From positions 67,394,001 through 67,458,000 of the forward strand of contig NC_042998.1 in NCBI RefSeq assembly GCF_006345805.1: a DNA stretch of 64,000 nucleotides, in the 5' to 3' direction. The stretch comes from Octopus sinensis. Lineage: Eukaryota. The position numbers and the translations under genes were made by a program. Below the pieces are notes generated by a model, which was not told the origin of the DNA, did not search any database, and saw nothing but the letters and a program-made list of their open reading frames with translations. Below are positions 1-14,959 of the stretch, piece by piece. The stretch's first letter is position 1; each line of letters begins with the position of its first letter.

Positions 1-640
1 AGACGGCTGAAACAATATGGCACATTGTTAACGAATGCCCGAAATTGGCACAACTCGAATACAAAAAGGACATGGCAATGTGGCAAGAATGATCTGTGAA
101 AATTACTGCCTACAGAAAGCAAAAGAGTAGTATAAGCAAACCCCCACAAGGCGTCACGAGAATGGAGACTGCAAAATTCTGTGAGATTCAATGATTCAGT
201 GTGATCCCCTGACCAGACATCGGGACAGGACATTGTTGTGGATAAAAAAAAAAAACCAGAAAAAACATGAATGATAATCGACATAACATGTTCCGGTGAC
301 GACAGGATCAAAGAGAAAAAAGAAAAACAGAACAAAGACAACGATTTGAATTGGGAAATATGAAGGATGGTGGTCGATGCGGAGAGTATGCGTGATACCA
401 ATAGTAATTAGAGCATTAGGATGTATCAGCACTCAACTATCAGCATTCCTCAGAAAGACTGGTACAAATGTAAAGATAAAACAACTACAAAAATCAGCAT
501 TGCAAGCATTCTTCGCAAAGTTCTTGAAGCATGGCCAGTAATCATGTGTCACCCTAGACTACTGGCTCTGAGCAGCGGACACTTTCCATCATACCCAGAA
601 AAATAAGCTGAGAGTGTTAATCAAATAATAATAATAATAA
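1..640 (+). mobile_element. 3' end of a decayed R4/Dong-type non-LTR retrotransposon (restriction-like endonuclease domain) ending in (TAA)n
   Basis: Frameshifted translation gives ETIWHIVNECPKLAQLEYKK-HGNVARM (end of CCHC knuckle plus RH-like motif), ENGDCKIL*DSMIQCD, MIIDITCSGDDRIKEK, and W*MRRVCVIPIVIRALG. These match the motif order of RLE-type elements. Followed by aataataataataataat at about 623-640. Confidence 0.65.
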
Positions 641-1414
641 TACTTTTCTAAATACTTCAAATTAAAAGAAATGTTTCTATGACGAAATATCTGTTTGAAA
701 CGTTATAATTTCCTTTCACGAACGGAAAACTTATTTCGTTCTATCTTTTGACTTTATTTTGACGTCATAATATTTATATTGCTGAGAAACAAGACGAAGT
801 CTTCATGTTTAACAAGTGAATTCACATAAATCTGAGTAGCTGTAACCGGATCTTGTGAGAGCAGATTAAGACTGGAATGCGTCACATATGCGACGAATAA
901 GATGAGCTAAATCGATGTGATTAATATATATTAATTTTAGACTCATACCTCTCTGGTGTTTTCTTTTGTATGCAGTCTGTATTAACGTCTCCCATTCAGG
1001 TAAAGGTAAATATAAGTTATATTTGATACTGTTAGGAGTATTACGTTTTATGACAAATATATACCACGTTTAAGTATATCACGTTGAAGTAAGGTTGTTC
1101 TGAAGAATAAAGGTCAATACTGTTTCTCGTGTTGTTCTACTTTAAACATCGCAGTGGTCAAGTTGTGTCCATTCAGCTCATTAATAGATCCAGTAAATCA
1201 AGAATCACATCGTCTTTGGTCACCTTCTCTTCCACTGTCAAAAGATATAATTTTAGAGAGATTTATTACTTATTTCTAGCAGGATGAGTGATATTGAAAA
1301 CGTCCGCTTTCTGCCAACTCAGGTATCAGTTTTATACACAGCCAACTCGGGTCCTTAGACCAGACACCCAGACACATCTCTTTATTTTAATAGATTTTTA
1401 ACAAAACATTAAGG

Positions 1415-1465
<51 letters not shown>

Positions 1466-2558
1466 GTATGTGAGTATGTAATTATGGATGTTTGTGTGTG
1501 AACATCAATATAGCTATTTAAATACGTGTGTTTTTATACATGTGTACATACACTTTTAGCTCCTGCTAATGTGTTGATGAGATAAAGATATTCTTAAAAC
1601 AATATACACACATACTTCAACAAGCAGCTGCAAATCTGTAATCTTCGCATATTTTTATTTGAGAATTTTATTTATTTGTCTTTATAAATGTTGTCCATTC
1701 CCAATTCAAATTGGCTCCAATCATTCTATCTCTGTTAGAAATCAATGCAAACATTCAAAATGACATTTTACGAATTACATTTTTCATTTCAATATATCAT
1801 ATGATGTTGTTGTTAGTATATTTTGTTGAAATAAATCACTAGAAATACTCATTTCTATATACATGACAGGCAAAGTAATTTTAATACATATGTTAAAATT
1901 TAATGTTATTATATGATGTTGAGTTATTGAAGTTTCGCATCAAGAAAGTTTGTGTGCGCCTATATATGTGTGCGTATATGTATACATAATTATATATATG
2001 TATGCATAATATATATGATTATATATTTATACCTACATTTCAATATATATATATATGTGTGTGTGTGTGTATGTTTGGGTGTCCGTTGATATAAATTTTA
2101 TTTACATAAATATAAATGGAAAGAAGACTTATACTTAAAAACACACACGCCTCCACTTATACACACGCACGCATTCAAATACATAGAGTAGAAGAAAGTC
2201 ACAAACTTAAGACATTTGTCAAAAGCTATGACATTGAACATAATAATTATTACATATCGTGTTATAAATCAAGTAATTCCTGTTTCTGAAAAATCATGTT
2301 TTGAGTCAATATTGTATGCAATATATATATGTATATACATTGGATGCGTGCTCGCGCGCTCGTGTGTGTGTGTGTGTTCGACTTGGTGTTTTGAGCAGTA
2401 GTCTAATACCGCCTTCGTTGTTTACTGGCCTCTCGTTGAAGACCTATAAATGTTTCTGATATGAGAGGTTGATAAGGAAGTGCGTACATCATGGAGCAGA
2501 GCAAATACAGCAAGAGTACTCTTTTTCGATTATCAAACCGAGGTTTACAGTATCAGTA

Positions 2559-2634
<76 letters not shown>

Positions 2635-2691
2635 CGTTTGGGGATTTACTTTGCAAGATTCTTTAAGTGAGTTCGTGTGTTGAAGCATACT

Positions 2692-2894
2692 CTGTTGTGT
2701 CTGGGGAGAGTCTTTCGCTTTTGGTGCCTTATAATTTTACACACTCACCAGTAATATCTCCACTAATTTGTTTTTTTTTATATAAAAAATAAAACTAAAG
2801 TAAAAATAAAATGGAAATAAAAGTGGAAATTTTACCGGTGAGTGTGTTAAATTATAAGGCACCAAAAGAAAATGACTCTCCCCAGATACAACAG
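2692..2894. repeat. Foldback/MITE-like inverted repeat, about 73-bp arms around a roughly 57-bp AT-rich spacer
   Basis: 2692-2764 (ctgttgtgtctggggagagtc...cacactcaccagtaatatctccact) is the near reverse complement of 2822-2894. (TA)n tracts flank both sides. Confidence 0.8.
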
Positions 2895-2909
2895 TGTATA
2901 TACATATAC

Positions 2910-2973
<64 letters not shown>

Positions 2974-3002
2974 AATTTCATAGCACCTACGGAGATATGC
3001 CC

Positions 3003-3034
<32 letters not shown>

Positions 3035-3489
3035 TTTGCAGTCTGTGTGTATGTGTACGTGTGAATGTGCATGTGTATATATGTATATGTATATACACTA
3101 CCAGTGAAGTACTGGCGCCGATGGTAACGACATGTCCCCTTGAATGAAAGTTACTGAAGTTATGTATATATCATAATCAGTATTGTTTTGTAATTGTTAG
3201 TACTATTAATGTTACGTCTATTATAATGCTACAAAATTATCTAGCGATTCCACCATTTCATCAGAGAAGAGATTTTAACGACAGAATCCGCGGATTTTCT
3301 TTTCATTTTTGGCCTTTTTTCCTTTTTCTGACATGTTGTTTCCAATTCTGGGAATGGGAGGCGATTTGTCCTCAGAAAAACAATGATATGTTAAACATAC
3401 ACGCACACATACACACACACACACATATGTATATATAAAGTGATATAGATAGATATACACATACATTTATATATATGTAATATAAAATG

Positions 3490-3523
3490 AGATAGATAGA
3501 CAGATAGACAGATGGGTATATAA

Positions 3524-3607
<84 letters not shown>
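3490..3607 (+). repeat. (TAGA)n microsatellite, not interrupted by an element
   Basis: Direct reading of tandem gata units. Confidence 0.95.
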
Positions 3608-3608
<1 letters not shown>

Positions 3609-5593
3609 AAGGAAGAAAATTCAGTTTTTAATGTTTAACCGTTGTAGAAGAGTGGACAGGGAAATATAGATATTTAGGCATGCGAAGATAAATTGTACTT
3701 TCGCATTTTGGCATTCATTATTTCATATAAACTTATGTCTCATACAATTACGAATCAATACTTACCAAACTACAGTGACAACCTTATTAGAGGTATTTAA
3801 TTATAATTGCAAAGCCGGCTCAAATTACTATGATAGAGATATCCAGATAGAACCATATTTTCATTTCTCTTAGAAATCTGGTTAAATGTTCTACTTTGAT
3901 TGTTTTTAGCGAACAGCCCCAATTGTACTTATGAACAAAATAATTTGTATAATGTTAGAAATAAGAAAGATGCGTCAATAATCTGTTTGATGCATAAATA
4001 GCAGTAAAACAATGTCTGTAGGGATTACACTGAACGAAACAATAATAAATTTGAGATAGGAATTAGAGAAGTCTAAAAATTGTCTTTAAAATTAATTTCC
4101 AAGAAAAGAGTTAAAGTTGTAGACTGAGATATTTTGCTGTAGAAGCTATTAATATTATATTCTTTCCTATTGTTTCTGCTCTCGATATTCTGATTACGAA
4201 GATAATAAAATTGAATCTACAGACACTGGCTGTCGTCTCAAGTGTCTCCAACATGCTATAACAATCTATAAACAGATCTATACAAGCAGGAGGATTAAAA
4301 CATAAAACATGTTATTAGGAACATTTCAATGAACATTGAGACACATGTAATACTAAAAACTAAATAATTCTAAAGCACTACATTCCAAACTTTCGACACA
4401 ATATAGCACTAAATTACCCAGAGAATATCATAATTATGGCTACCAAATGCATCTGTCACTTTTACAGATGCGATGTACTTAAAATGAATTCTTTTAAGTT
4501 TGGTTTAAATTCACAGAAAAATTAAATAACCATCGAAGTTCAGCTTGTCATCTTGTGCAAATAAAAATATATAAACATGTTGGTATGGGTAAGACGGTGG
4601 GATTACAATATTTGCTTGGAAATATATGTTCAGATTACGAACCTAGTTCACCGCAGCTTCTGCAAAGGCGTTTTCTACTGCTCTGGTGAATATTCTGTGA
4701 GTTGAATAATGTAGACAAACACTGTACGGACCTGGTCATACGTGTATATTTTTTTGTGCGTTCATGTATATGTGTGCTAATTCTAACCTGATGGAGAGTA
4801 AAACAATATTAAGCTTTATACACTCGAGTACATTAACTTTAGCCTATTCATCTGAAACACTTGATTTAATGTGAAGAGGCAGATTTGACGAATGCCAGCT
4901 TCCTCGGGAAGATGAATATAATATTCCATTTAGGAGACCATTCCATTAGTAATAAGTAACAAAACTTGTCTTTGCACGAGTTGAGAATACGGTTGAATGA
5001 AACAGCCAAAGTACATATGTGTTATCTATTTAATAATCTATAACATCGGTTGATTATAGATGCAGATTATAGGGGAAGATGATTAACTATAGTACTCCAA
5101 AGCAATTAGCTCAGCAATTTATCAGCTTTTCACGATCATTATATATATTAGACTTCTATTAATAAATGCTATACAGTATAGTTGTCTCCATAACATTTCT
5201 ACCAGTGGGGACCTTGAAAATTTTAACCAATATTTTTCATACCCGTCACTCTTGGGCATTATCTAAGCATACTAATGAATATGAATATAACAAAGTCAAT
5301 ATCATTTTGGTTTCTTTTATCTCCCATTAGCCCAATATTTTTCTAGAGTACAATCAGCATTGCTTCAAAATAGTGCGAAACACCAACATTTTTGTTAGAT
5401 TATCGTGTACAACGTCTATACAGATGGAGTAATTGTAATACTCACCATGTGAGACAAGATTAATTGCAGTGACAGTAGTAATGATATGATAAATTATTGG
5501 GATTAAAACATTCATTCTAACTTTAGAAGATACGCAAGTTGATCTTCCATGTTTCTCTTCACAATCATTTTTCTTTCATATATATATATAGAG

Positions 5594-5624
<31 letters not shown>

Positions 5625-5625
5625 A

Positions 5626-5673
<48 letters not shown>

Positions 5674-7854
5674 TATATATACTGTTTTTACCCTTTCCTT
5701 GTTTCTTTCCAGTTTTCTTCCTTCGGGTTGACACCTATTGATTTTCACAAGCAGTTTAGATCAATGAATAAAAATGCAGCACGGAATTTTGTCAGTGAAA
5801 AGATCGTGGTCTTAAAGCGGCAAAAATATCTTGGCAAATTAAATTTCAATGTTGAAGTGAATCTAACGGTTTTTGTGTGTTTCTTAAATAGATTGTAAAC
5901 GCCTTCCACGCGTCAATTGTTGGATAAAAATCATTAAATGCTTTCATATCAAGTTGTGTAGTACCTCTTTTTCGTTAATCTCCTCGATAATGATGATCGC
6001 CTCTTTTTGCCGGATGTCCCTAGGGTGAAGATATCCTTCGGTATGTATCATTTGTCTACCAGGATATAGCAAATGCCTTTTTTGGTACAGAGTGGTTTCA
6101 GGTCTATTTCTAGCAGCCATTCCTTGAACCGGCAAACATCATGTGGTTTTATTTCACTTTATTATTCTTGTTGTAGTGACTAAACCTTAGTTTAAAATCT
6201 CTCTTTCAATTCATATTACCAAATACGTTTCTCTTCTTACCGACGTCTCAGCTTTTGCATTGAAATAGCCAAAATTGTGGATCAGGTCATTTTCGTTTCC
6301 CTTGGCTAGCTACATAAAATCTCATGCAATATATAGTTGAAAAATGCGATACGTTTATAATATTGCAGGTGGATTTACAGACATGTGTGATATCTTTAGC
6401 CGAGCGTGGAATCCTCTGAATGAGATTTTACCTCTTGTTCTACAGTTATCAGCAGAAACCTCATAAATATATTTTCTTATTTAATTTTATATCCCAATAT
6501 TATATTTACATGTTTCCTAGACTTTGTTTTTAGAAATACCAAACATTTTGGTAAACTATTTTTGTAAAAATGTCTATACAAAGTGTTGATTCTCCTTTGT
6601 GTCTAATCATTGATATTTTCTACAGATTCATGCTGTTTTACACAGCTTTATAAAGCAAACTTCTAACATACAGCAGTTGCCAAATAAAATTACTTAATAA
6701 CACTTTAACATTAGTTGTAAACTATATTATCTTTTCAGAGCGATTCTAATAAGACTTTAATGTTTCTCATAAAATGGAATAAGTTACTTTGCGTGCAAAT
6801 AGACATTTATTTGAAAATGGCGTGACGGTGGAAAAAAAATTCTTGTGTATATAAATATTATGTCTGAAAATTTATATTAAATTTGTTTCCATATGTGGCG
6901 GGGAGCACAACACAATTTAGCTTAACGGGAAAATAATTTGGAAAGCAATAGTAAAATAAGTTTCTGAATACAAGTCATATTCTATAGAAATTTTTATAAG
7001 ATGTTTGGCATCCACCTAGAACAGAAAAACGTTTAACGCAGTATGAAGTGGATACAGAGAGAAAAATCGAAAATAACGGTTGTCTTAAAAAAAATTAAAG
7101 TGAAAAATGCTTTTAAGCTGAAAGAACTTCCATCCAATAAATCTATCGTTTCACAAATGGTTAAACATATGTGAGGAAATATAAAAATATATATCATGTA
7201 TATATATATATTTATACACACACACGCACACACACAAACACACACACACATATATATATATATATATGAAATATAGAGAGATACATACATATACATATAT
7301 ATACGTATCTATGTGTGTATATGCATTTATGTGTGTATATATATGAAGATGAATGTCTAATGGTTACGAGTATTTTTTCTCACTTCTTGATTCCTGCACA
7401 TTTACGTATATTTATAAATTTTTAAAGTCATTTACTGACATTTTCGTGTACATTTATTTCTAAAAACATCAAACTCATACGCATACACGTTCACACGGTC
7501 ACAGAGAGCAGAGAGAGTGAGAGAGAGAAAGAGAGGGGAAGAGAAAGTGAGAGAGAATAATATACCGTATAAAATATCACACACAAGGAAACTAGCGATT
7601 GTCAGCATGGTTAGAATTGACTTCAACAAAGTTCACAAAACTTGAATAAGGTTGTGTGTCTTCGGGTGGAACTCAAAATATTAAGTGTGGTGCAAAACAC
7701 CATGTCTTAATATCTTTACAGGTTTTTTAGTTGATAAAGTGGCCTCTTGTCAGAAACGTTTAGAATTCTTTTGTCTTCGCAATAAAAGATTCCATTCTGA
7801 GAATACATAACTACACACTCATACCTATATATATATAAATAATAAATGCGCCCT

Positions 7855-8095
7855 TTTAAAGCCTAGCCAGGTTCATGGGCTCGGTTTCCCGGTTTCTATG
7901 GTGTATGTGTTCCCCAGGTGGACAGGACGCCTGTCCATCGCAGCGTTACTCATTTTTGCCAGCTGAGTGGACTGGAGCAACGTGAAATGAAGTATTTTGC
8001 TCAAGAACACAACGCGTCTCCCGGTCCAGGAATCGAAAACACAATCTTACGATCATGATGCTGACACCCTAACCACTGAGGCACGTGCCTCCACA
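7855..8095 (-). mobile_element. tRNA-derived SINE (family with cttgagcaa...ccagtccactcagctg body)
   Basis: Minus strand has a tRNA-like head (gcctcagtggttaggg...gattcctgg) and shares body sequence with 24805-25134 and 43043-43380; the tail differs. Confidence 0.75.
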
Positions 8096-8105
8096 CCTAT
8101 ATATA

Positions 8106-8227
<122 letters not shown>

Positions 8228-10329
8228 GACATAGAATCTATCCATTGCGATATTTATCCCAATGGAATGAACTCAATGTGAGAATTCTTTATAAGTAATT
8301 CTTTTCTTCCAAATATTAACATAAATTTACCTTGACATCTACACACTTGCCTCTCCTCTAAAACTTGGTCTCTAATTTCTCAACATGAATTATTACTTAT
8401 TTTCCGAAAGCGACCCAAATAGGTCAGTATCTGATAAGGGGATTATATGGTAATTAGAATTGGCTGAAAAATTGGCCAGTCTTATCGGTGATATGTGTAA
8501 AACTGAAATCGGCAATGCTCTGTTTATTTCCCACGTGAATTAGTTATATTCATTCATTTCAAATTTCACCGTGATTGACACGGATTCTCAGTCGTCTATA
8601 TCATTAGTCGTCATTTAATTGCTAATGATTATCGTACTCTGTAAAGTAATGCGTATGACAATGAAAAAACAAATTGTAGAAGTTGGAAACATTCTTGTAC
8701 TTCACTAAGCATTCTTATGTTGAGTTGTATTTTATAGATTTTATCAAACTACCAAGAGCAAAATATATCACTCTAGATGTAACCTTCCGTTTTAAAAGGT
8801 AGACGAAACATCAGCGATAACATAATGAGAAGTGATAAGAAAATATCAGCGAGAGCCTAGAGAAAACAGTAAAATTAACATCCTTTACTTGTCATGCACC
8901 CAGTGGAAAAAAAAATTACTCTAGTGAAATGGAATTATGTATTTGTGCGTAAATGACTAAGTTATGTATATTTGCAAGAGAGATGGCATGTACTGTTCAA
9001 ATACAAGTAATATGAACATTCATATTGTTTTTCCTGACGTTGTAAATAATGTTTATGGCAGGGTAGTGATTTTCAGTCAGATCAGTAGTAATACATGCAA
9101 TTGGAGAGATAGAACGAACAAATTGACGAAGATGATATCTATTATAAAATAACATTATGAAATGCAATTTGTGATGCGAAGCAAGTCAGAGCAGATTATC
9201 TTTATTCTCTCAATGTTTTTTTTTTTTTATGATAGGATTTATAGCTTGTCAAGTAAAAGAAAAGTATAAAAGAATAAATGTAAAATATCTCATGAAGAAG
9301 ATTCTACCAGAAGCGAAACGAAAGCATCTATGGACGTGACACATTACATGGACTGCTGTGACGATCTCATATGTTAATATTTTAGAATTCAATTCCTTTC
9401 AATAAGAACTGGAAAAGTAAAAAAGTATATTCTCCAAAGAAATAAATCGTTGACGGTACTAACAATTTTTATTCATCAGGAAAATATCACGTTTCCAAAA
9501 GTGCAAACATAAACCAGGATATCGTATCAAAAAAATTAAAGAAACTAACTTCAGATATTGAAATCCACACCTGCTGTGGACGTAGATAAAGCGTATATTT
9601 CTGAAGAATGTACGTGTAAAAAACAAGAAGTTATCATTTGTATGATTTAGTAGTACAATTGTTAGCATCGCCTCGAACACAAACTCACTCATACACACAC
9701 ACACGCGCACACACACACACACACACACACACCACACACACACACACAAACATGCATACACACCTTCATTCACACACGCATATATATGTACAATAAGATC
9801 CGAAATATTTGTGTGCGTAAATATAACGAGAAATTTTCTTCCTGAATGCGTTTTACAGCGGTCTCGATGCAGTGAACGGAATTAAAATTAGAGTGATAAT
9901 ATATAAATGCACGAAATTGATTTGTCGTTTGGACATATATCAGAGAAAAAGATGCTTGTGCTAATAATTCTTTAGATTGTAACGATTACAATGTAACAAT
10001 TAGCAACCAGTTACTGGGAGCATATAGCAATCTGACATACTAATCAAGTTGACGCATTTCAGACGATCACAGACTTCGTAGCAAGCCCTCAGCCCAACGA
10101 CTGCTGTGTGATTCAATTTCGTTACAAGTATTTTCAAGGTCAATTTATATTCAGTCCAGCAGGTCAGATTAAATTCAATCAAGACTGTACTATATCCCTA
10201 TTAATTAAACATAAGAAATTTTAAAGTGTAAATATTACTCTGCACATAAATAGTTACTGTAAAATAACAGACGTCTCGGTGATGCCTTCTTACTTACTGT
10301 TGTTGAGTGTTTTATCGATACTGTTTATT

Positions 10330-10634
10330 GTTGTTTGTTCCTTCTCAAGCCATTCCTGGCTCATAAAGGCCGGTTTCCCAGTTTCATTGGCTTATAGGTA
10401 CCCCATTTGGACGGGACGCCGGTCCGTCGCAAGTGAGCTATTAGATGCAGCAGAAAAGAGTGAGAGAAAGTTGTGACGAAAGAGTCAGCAGAAGTTTGCC
10501 ATTGCCTCCTGCTGTAGCTGTGTGGAGTTTAGGTGTTTCGCTCTTAAACACACACATCGCTCGGTCTGAGATTCGGTTCAGCAATCCCACGACTGCGAGT
10601 ATGCTGCTCTAACCACTAGGCCATATGCCTCCAC
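10330..10634 (-). mobile_element. tRNA-derived SINE
   Basis: Head ggcatatggcctagtggttagagc (A-box) on the minus strand. Tail (ggacgggacgccggtccgtcg) is shared with 30160-30340. Confidence 0.7.
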
Positions 10635-11320
10635 ATCGATATTATTTACCTGTTAATAAAGGTCGTGTGGTACTTCTGGAATTTTACAGACAATACGCTA
10701 TCGCCGTTTGTCGGTGACGTTAAACCAAAGATCCAACTGCGCATGTTTTCTTAAACCATTTAAAGATTGCTTTCAAACAGAGCAAATCCTGAGGTGGTTT
10801 AATGGATAACAGTCATTTAGGCTACGAGTGATGAAACCAAAAATGAAGTACATTACATAATATATGATAATATAGAATTTCCTATTTATATGATATACAC
10901 TTCCTGCCAATTATGTTACATAAACTATCACTTTTCGGTAGTAAAGCGAAACATATCAACACTATAGTAATAAAATATCTTTCAAATACGGTGTTCACAT
11001 TATACATATCCATATAGGTGCTGCATGTGCATATATGTACAGATAACTATACTTACAGTCTCTCTCTCTCTCCTCCTCCCCCTCTTCCTCCCTCTCCCTT
11101 CTCTCCCTTTCTCTCTCTCACACAAATATTTGTAGGAATATATGTATCTCCTACCTCTCCCTCTATCTATACACACACACACACGCGCGCACACATGCAC
11201 AAACACACATATGCATGTATACGATTAAACAGAACCGAAAGCTACTGCTAGTAGTCTACTTCGGCATGGCATGATTTGTATCACTTTTTTATTATTAAAT
11301 CGACGCAGAGAGTACACACA

Positions 11321-11375
<55 letters not shown>

Positions 11376-11387
11376 ACATATATATAT

Positions 11388-11552
11388 ACGACGGGCTTCT
11401 TTCAGTTTCCGTCTACCAAATCCACTCACAAGGCTTTGGTCGGCCCGAGGCTATAGTAGAAGACATTTGCCCAAGGTGCCACGCAGTGGGACTGAACCCG
11501 GAACCATGTGGTTGGTAAACAAGCTACTTACCACACAGTCACTCCTGCGCCT
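11388..11552 (-). mobile_element. tRNA-derived SINE with CORE-like cttgggcaa(g/a)tgtctt segment
   Basis: Minus strand reads aggcgcaggagtgactgtgtggtaag...gggttcagtcccactgcgtggcaccttgggcaaatgtcttc. Related copies at 24355, 44885, 53060 and 57160. Confidence 0.8.
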
Positions 11553-11680
11553 ACATATATATCTATATAATAAATCCAAAGCAAAATAAAACAAGAATAA
11601 ATACAAAAAAAGAAACAATAACGTGAGGACGTGGTACATGTAAAGTATTTGCAGGTGTTCGGGGAAGGAAAGAAGTTTGG

Positions 11681-11713
11681 TTTTACGTTTCGAGCAGAGC
11701 TCTTCTTTAGAAA
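11681..11713 (-). ncRNA. Degenerate minimal hammerhead (core CUAAAGA) in a short Penelope-like repeat
   Basis: Minus strand reads ttt CTAAAGA a GAGC tct GCTC GAA ACGT A aaa. G5 is mutated. Flanks resemble the 25792 copy. Confidence 0.55.
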
Positions 11714-12110
11714 CAGAGGAAAGTCCAATTGAAAAGGAAGATAGAGGAAAGAAAATCGCCAACGATTCACATGTGATTACATTTTAAGAAACATTGTGGT
11801 TACATTTTTACAAAAACATACATACATTACGAATATGACATTGGACACATATATATAGATTACTATTTCAGAGAATGATTATAAATTCATTCAACTGAAT
11901 GCAGCTTACGCCCTGATTTATTCTATGCCTACCAATGCATTGCCAAATACAGTTTTCAGTTCGTAATGCTAATGAAAATGTCAGTGTGTCAACTTGAATG
12001 CGACATTGGCTTTAAGGGTCACTTAGTTATGTTCAATACATCACTGACCCTTCTTTTATTAGACACACTCGTCTACCATAAACACTAAGATTGCTTTACG
12101 ATTATATATG

Positions 12111-12166
<56 letters not shown>

Positions 12167-12259
12167 TACATACATAAAAATTCAGAATTATTCTGAATAC
12201 TCCTTTGGTTTGACATTTTAGATATCTTATTTTTAACATATATATGTGTGTGTGCGCGC

Positions 12260-12291
<32 letters not shown>

Positions 12292-12680
12292 GTGTGTGTG
12301 TGTACTTATATTTCGTGTTTGGAATATAAAGACGAAGAAAATCGATGTTGTCTATGTTCGCGTTCTACAATCAGTAATTATAATAAAAGTTTTTCACTTG
12401 TAATACATTACAAATCTCAGAAGTATTATTGCCATCATTTTTGCGATTATAGTGTTAGATATAATTTATTTTCTATATGGCTTTATCAGGCAATGTTCAA
12501 CGAAGAATGATTCAATAATTTGAATATGTTGATTGTATACCGTAAGGTTGTGCCTGCAACCCCGCTAATTTCTCTCTCCTACTCTATCAAAGAATTCTTT
12601 TCCTTGTCTCTCCCCATTCTCAGTCCACATATACGTATGTGTATTCACGCGTAGATACATTTGTGTTTCTATATATATTG

Positions 12681-12756
<76 letters not shown>

Positions 12757-14959
12757 CTACTGACGTGTGCATATATATTGTATATATATATATGTGTGTG
12801 TGTATTCATGCGTAGATAAATTTGTGTTTGTATATACATATGACTACTGATGTGTCCTAGAAGAACGAAAAGCGCACTCATTCCAAGAGCAAGGTTTTGC
12901 TTCTTACTTATTTTTTGTGATTATACATCATGTGGGCTCATTTTTTTATTAGAATTCCACACAGTCAATCATGAAATTATGTAGCTGCCATTTTTATACT
13001 CATATCAAGCAAGATACGAGAGTTTTCTGAACATTGGAGATATTGCTAGAAGATTAAACCTTGAATATATTATACCATTGAAATCTCCTTAATCATATTG
13101 AATAAAATCTTTCATTTAAATTCTCTCACAAGTATGTGACATTACCATCTCGCATGCGTACATAGAAAGTGATGTGATGTATTTTATAAAAGGTTTTGTG
13201 ATACTATCTGAATTTTTTTTTAGAATGTCACTATCATGCTTGTTGTCATGAAAAGATGAAAAACAAAAGCAGAAGAGAAGCAAATATCTATAAGCTTTTG
13301 CTTTAAATAACAACATTTTAAAATATCCTTTACCAAAATGAAAAAATGATGGCGCTTAGCGCTGACCTATTTCGGTATGTCTGTGTATTCGTGTGTGGGG
13401 TTCTTGAAAAAATATCGAATCCTGAATTTCTTAATTTGCTAATTAGAGTCGCACAAATCTTGTCTGTTTATTTGTGATCTGTCAAATAATGCGATCTGTC
13501 AAATGAGGCGATCTGTAAATTTCATGGTTAACTTGATGTCCTCCATAGGAAATAACTCCGGAAATTTCCTAAGAGATGATGAACATGTTGATAGGTACCT
13601 ATGTACGTGCGTGGTAAACTCCATTCTCATGTTTTATTACATTCTACATGACACGTTGCCCAAGCCGTTAACCACATATCCATCCCGTTAATATGATTCT
13701 TGGCCATTATGCATACAGCATTATTTTGAAGAAGCATATACCCGTATCTTTCTCAGGCTACACCCAACGTGCATAAGTCGTATATACATTCATTCCATAA
13801 GAATTACATTTTAGATTGTGGAGAGCATTTATGAACAAAGAGAAACATTAAGAAATCAAATTCTGCCACTTAAGACAATAAAGTTGTTTAAAACTTCACT
13901 ACCAAGTGTGCAGTGAAAGCCAGTTGTCTAGGAAAGGACGCTGGGTAGCTCTGATCGATTTAGAGCAGTTTGATGTTTGCAGCTTCTGTTTCTCCTGATT
14001 TGCATTTTTGCTTTACATAGGATATCATTCCTTATATATATATACAAGCTTATCACTAATTTGTAGGGATTAGAGGTAATTGCCAAACAAAAGACTGCAC
14101 TGTGTTTTCTGATGGAAATTTATTGGCAGCAGCGGCGCCGGCGCTGGTGGTAACCGCATCAGCGTTTATAATTACCTTTACAATAGCAGAGTAATACAAA
14201 CTTGTAAATTTAAATATACTAATAAGGCCGTTTTATAATATCGAACTTCTTTGAAAATATAATTACGTACATGAAACCCACCTTGTGTTGACTATCGTCA
14301 GAAACAAAGTGCAATTTTAAGCATACAGGTAAATTATGTGCATTACGACTGAAATCAAATACGTAATTGTATATGTAAATGCAGAGAGAGAGAGAGAGAA
14401 ATATATAGATAATTTTATATACGTAATGTGTGTGTGTGTATGTGCGAGTGTGTGAGATGGTATATGTATGTGTTAACCTAAGTTGTACTAGGCAGAAAGT
14501 CCAACGCTTTACATGTAAGTATATCATTTCAAAAGAAATACGTATTGTAAGGATTACTTTACTTCCATGACATTAATCCTGATGTTCTGTATGATGTTAA
14601 ATTTTGCCGGCACTGATTGTGTAGCCTACTTATTCAGTTCGCAACTGTGTGGCTTGTGGATTTGTGTTCAATACTAGACTTGCTACCACGTGGAAAGATT
14701 CCCTACCCGACGCTTTCGTCAAACTAAAGAATTGCGAACGTAATTGTGAGAAAACTCATCGTATGAATTGCTTCTGTCATTGTCTTCTTCATATAATATA
14801 ATCTGTTTTATCTCAACCACCCGCTTCTTGGATGATGTTTATCGGAGTTGACTGAAGTCAAGAATGTCAAGAATATTTCTTTTATTTCTTCCTTTTATGC
14901 CTGGAACCTTCAGAGATATGAGAACTACACTTCTGGCGTATACATCTTTAGTACAGGCC

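Noticed and set aside
3323-3380. Minus-strand CUGAGGA...GAAA-CAACAUGUC-AGAAA hammerhead-like string
   Set aside because: Stem II is only 3 bp, and a stronger 9-bp pairing (tttttctga/tcagaaaaa) would sequester the core; may be chance.
5760-6135. Possible pogo/Tigger transposase remnant on the minus strand
   Set aside because: Only scattered short resemblances (GHP, AWKA) across stops and frameshifts; not supportable without a profile search.
9289-9325. atgaagaag attct acc agaagc gaaacg
   Set aside because: Probably a decayed HHR, but C3, stem II, stem III and stem I are all damaged; too weak to call.
13470-13520. Three roughly 17-bp repeats (gcgatctgtcaaat)
   Set aside because: Short local tandem duplication with no spacers; not CRISPR-like, and the context is eukaryotic.
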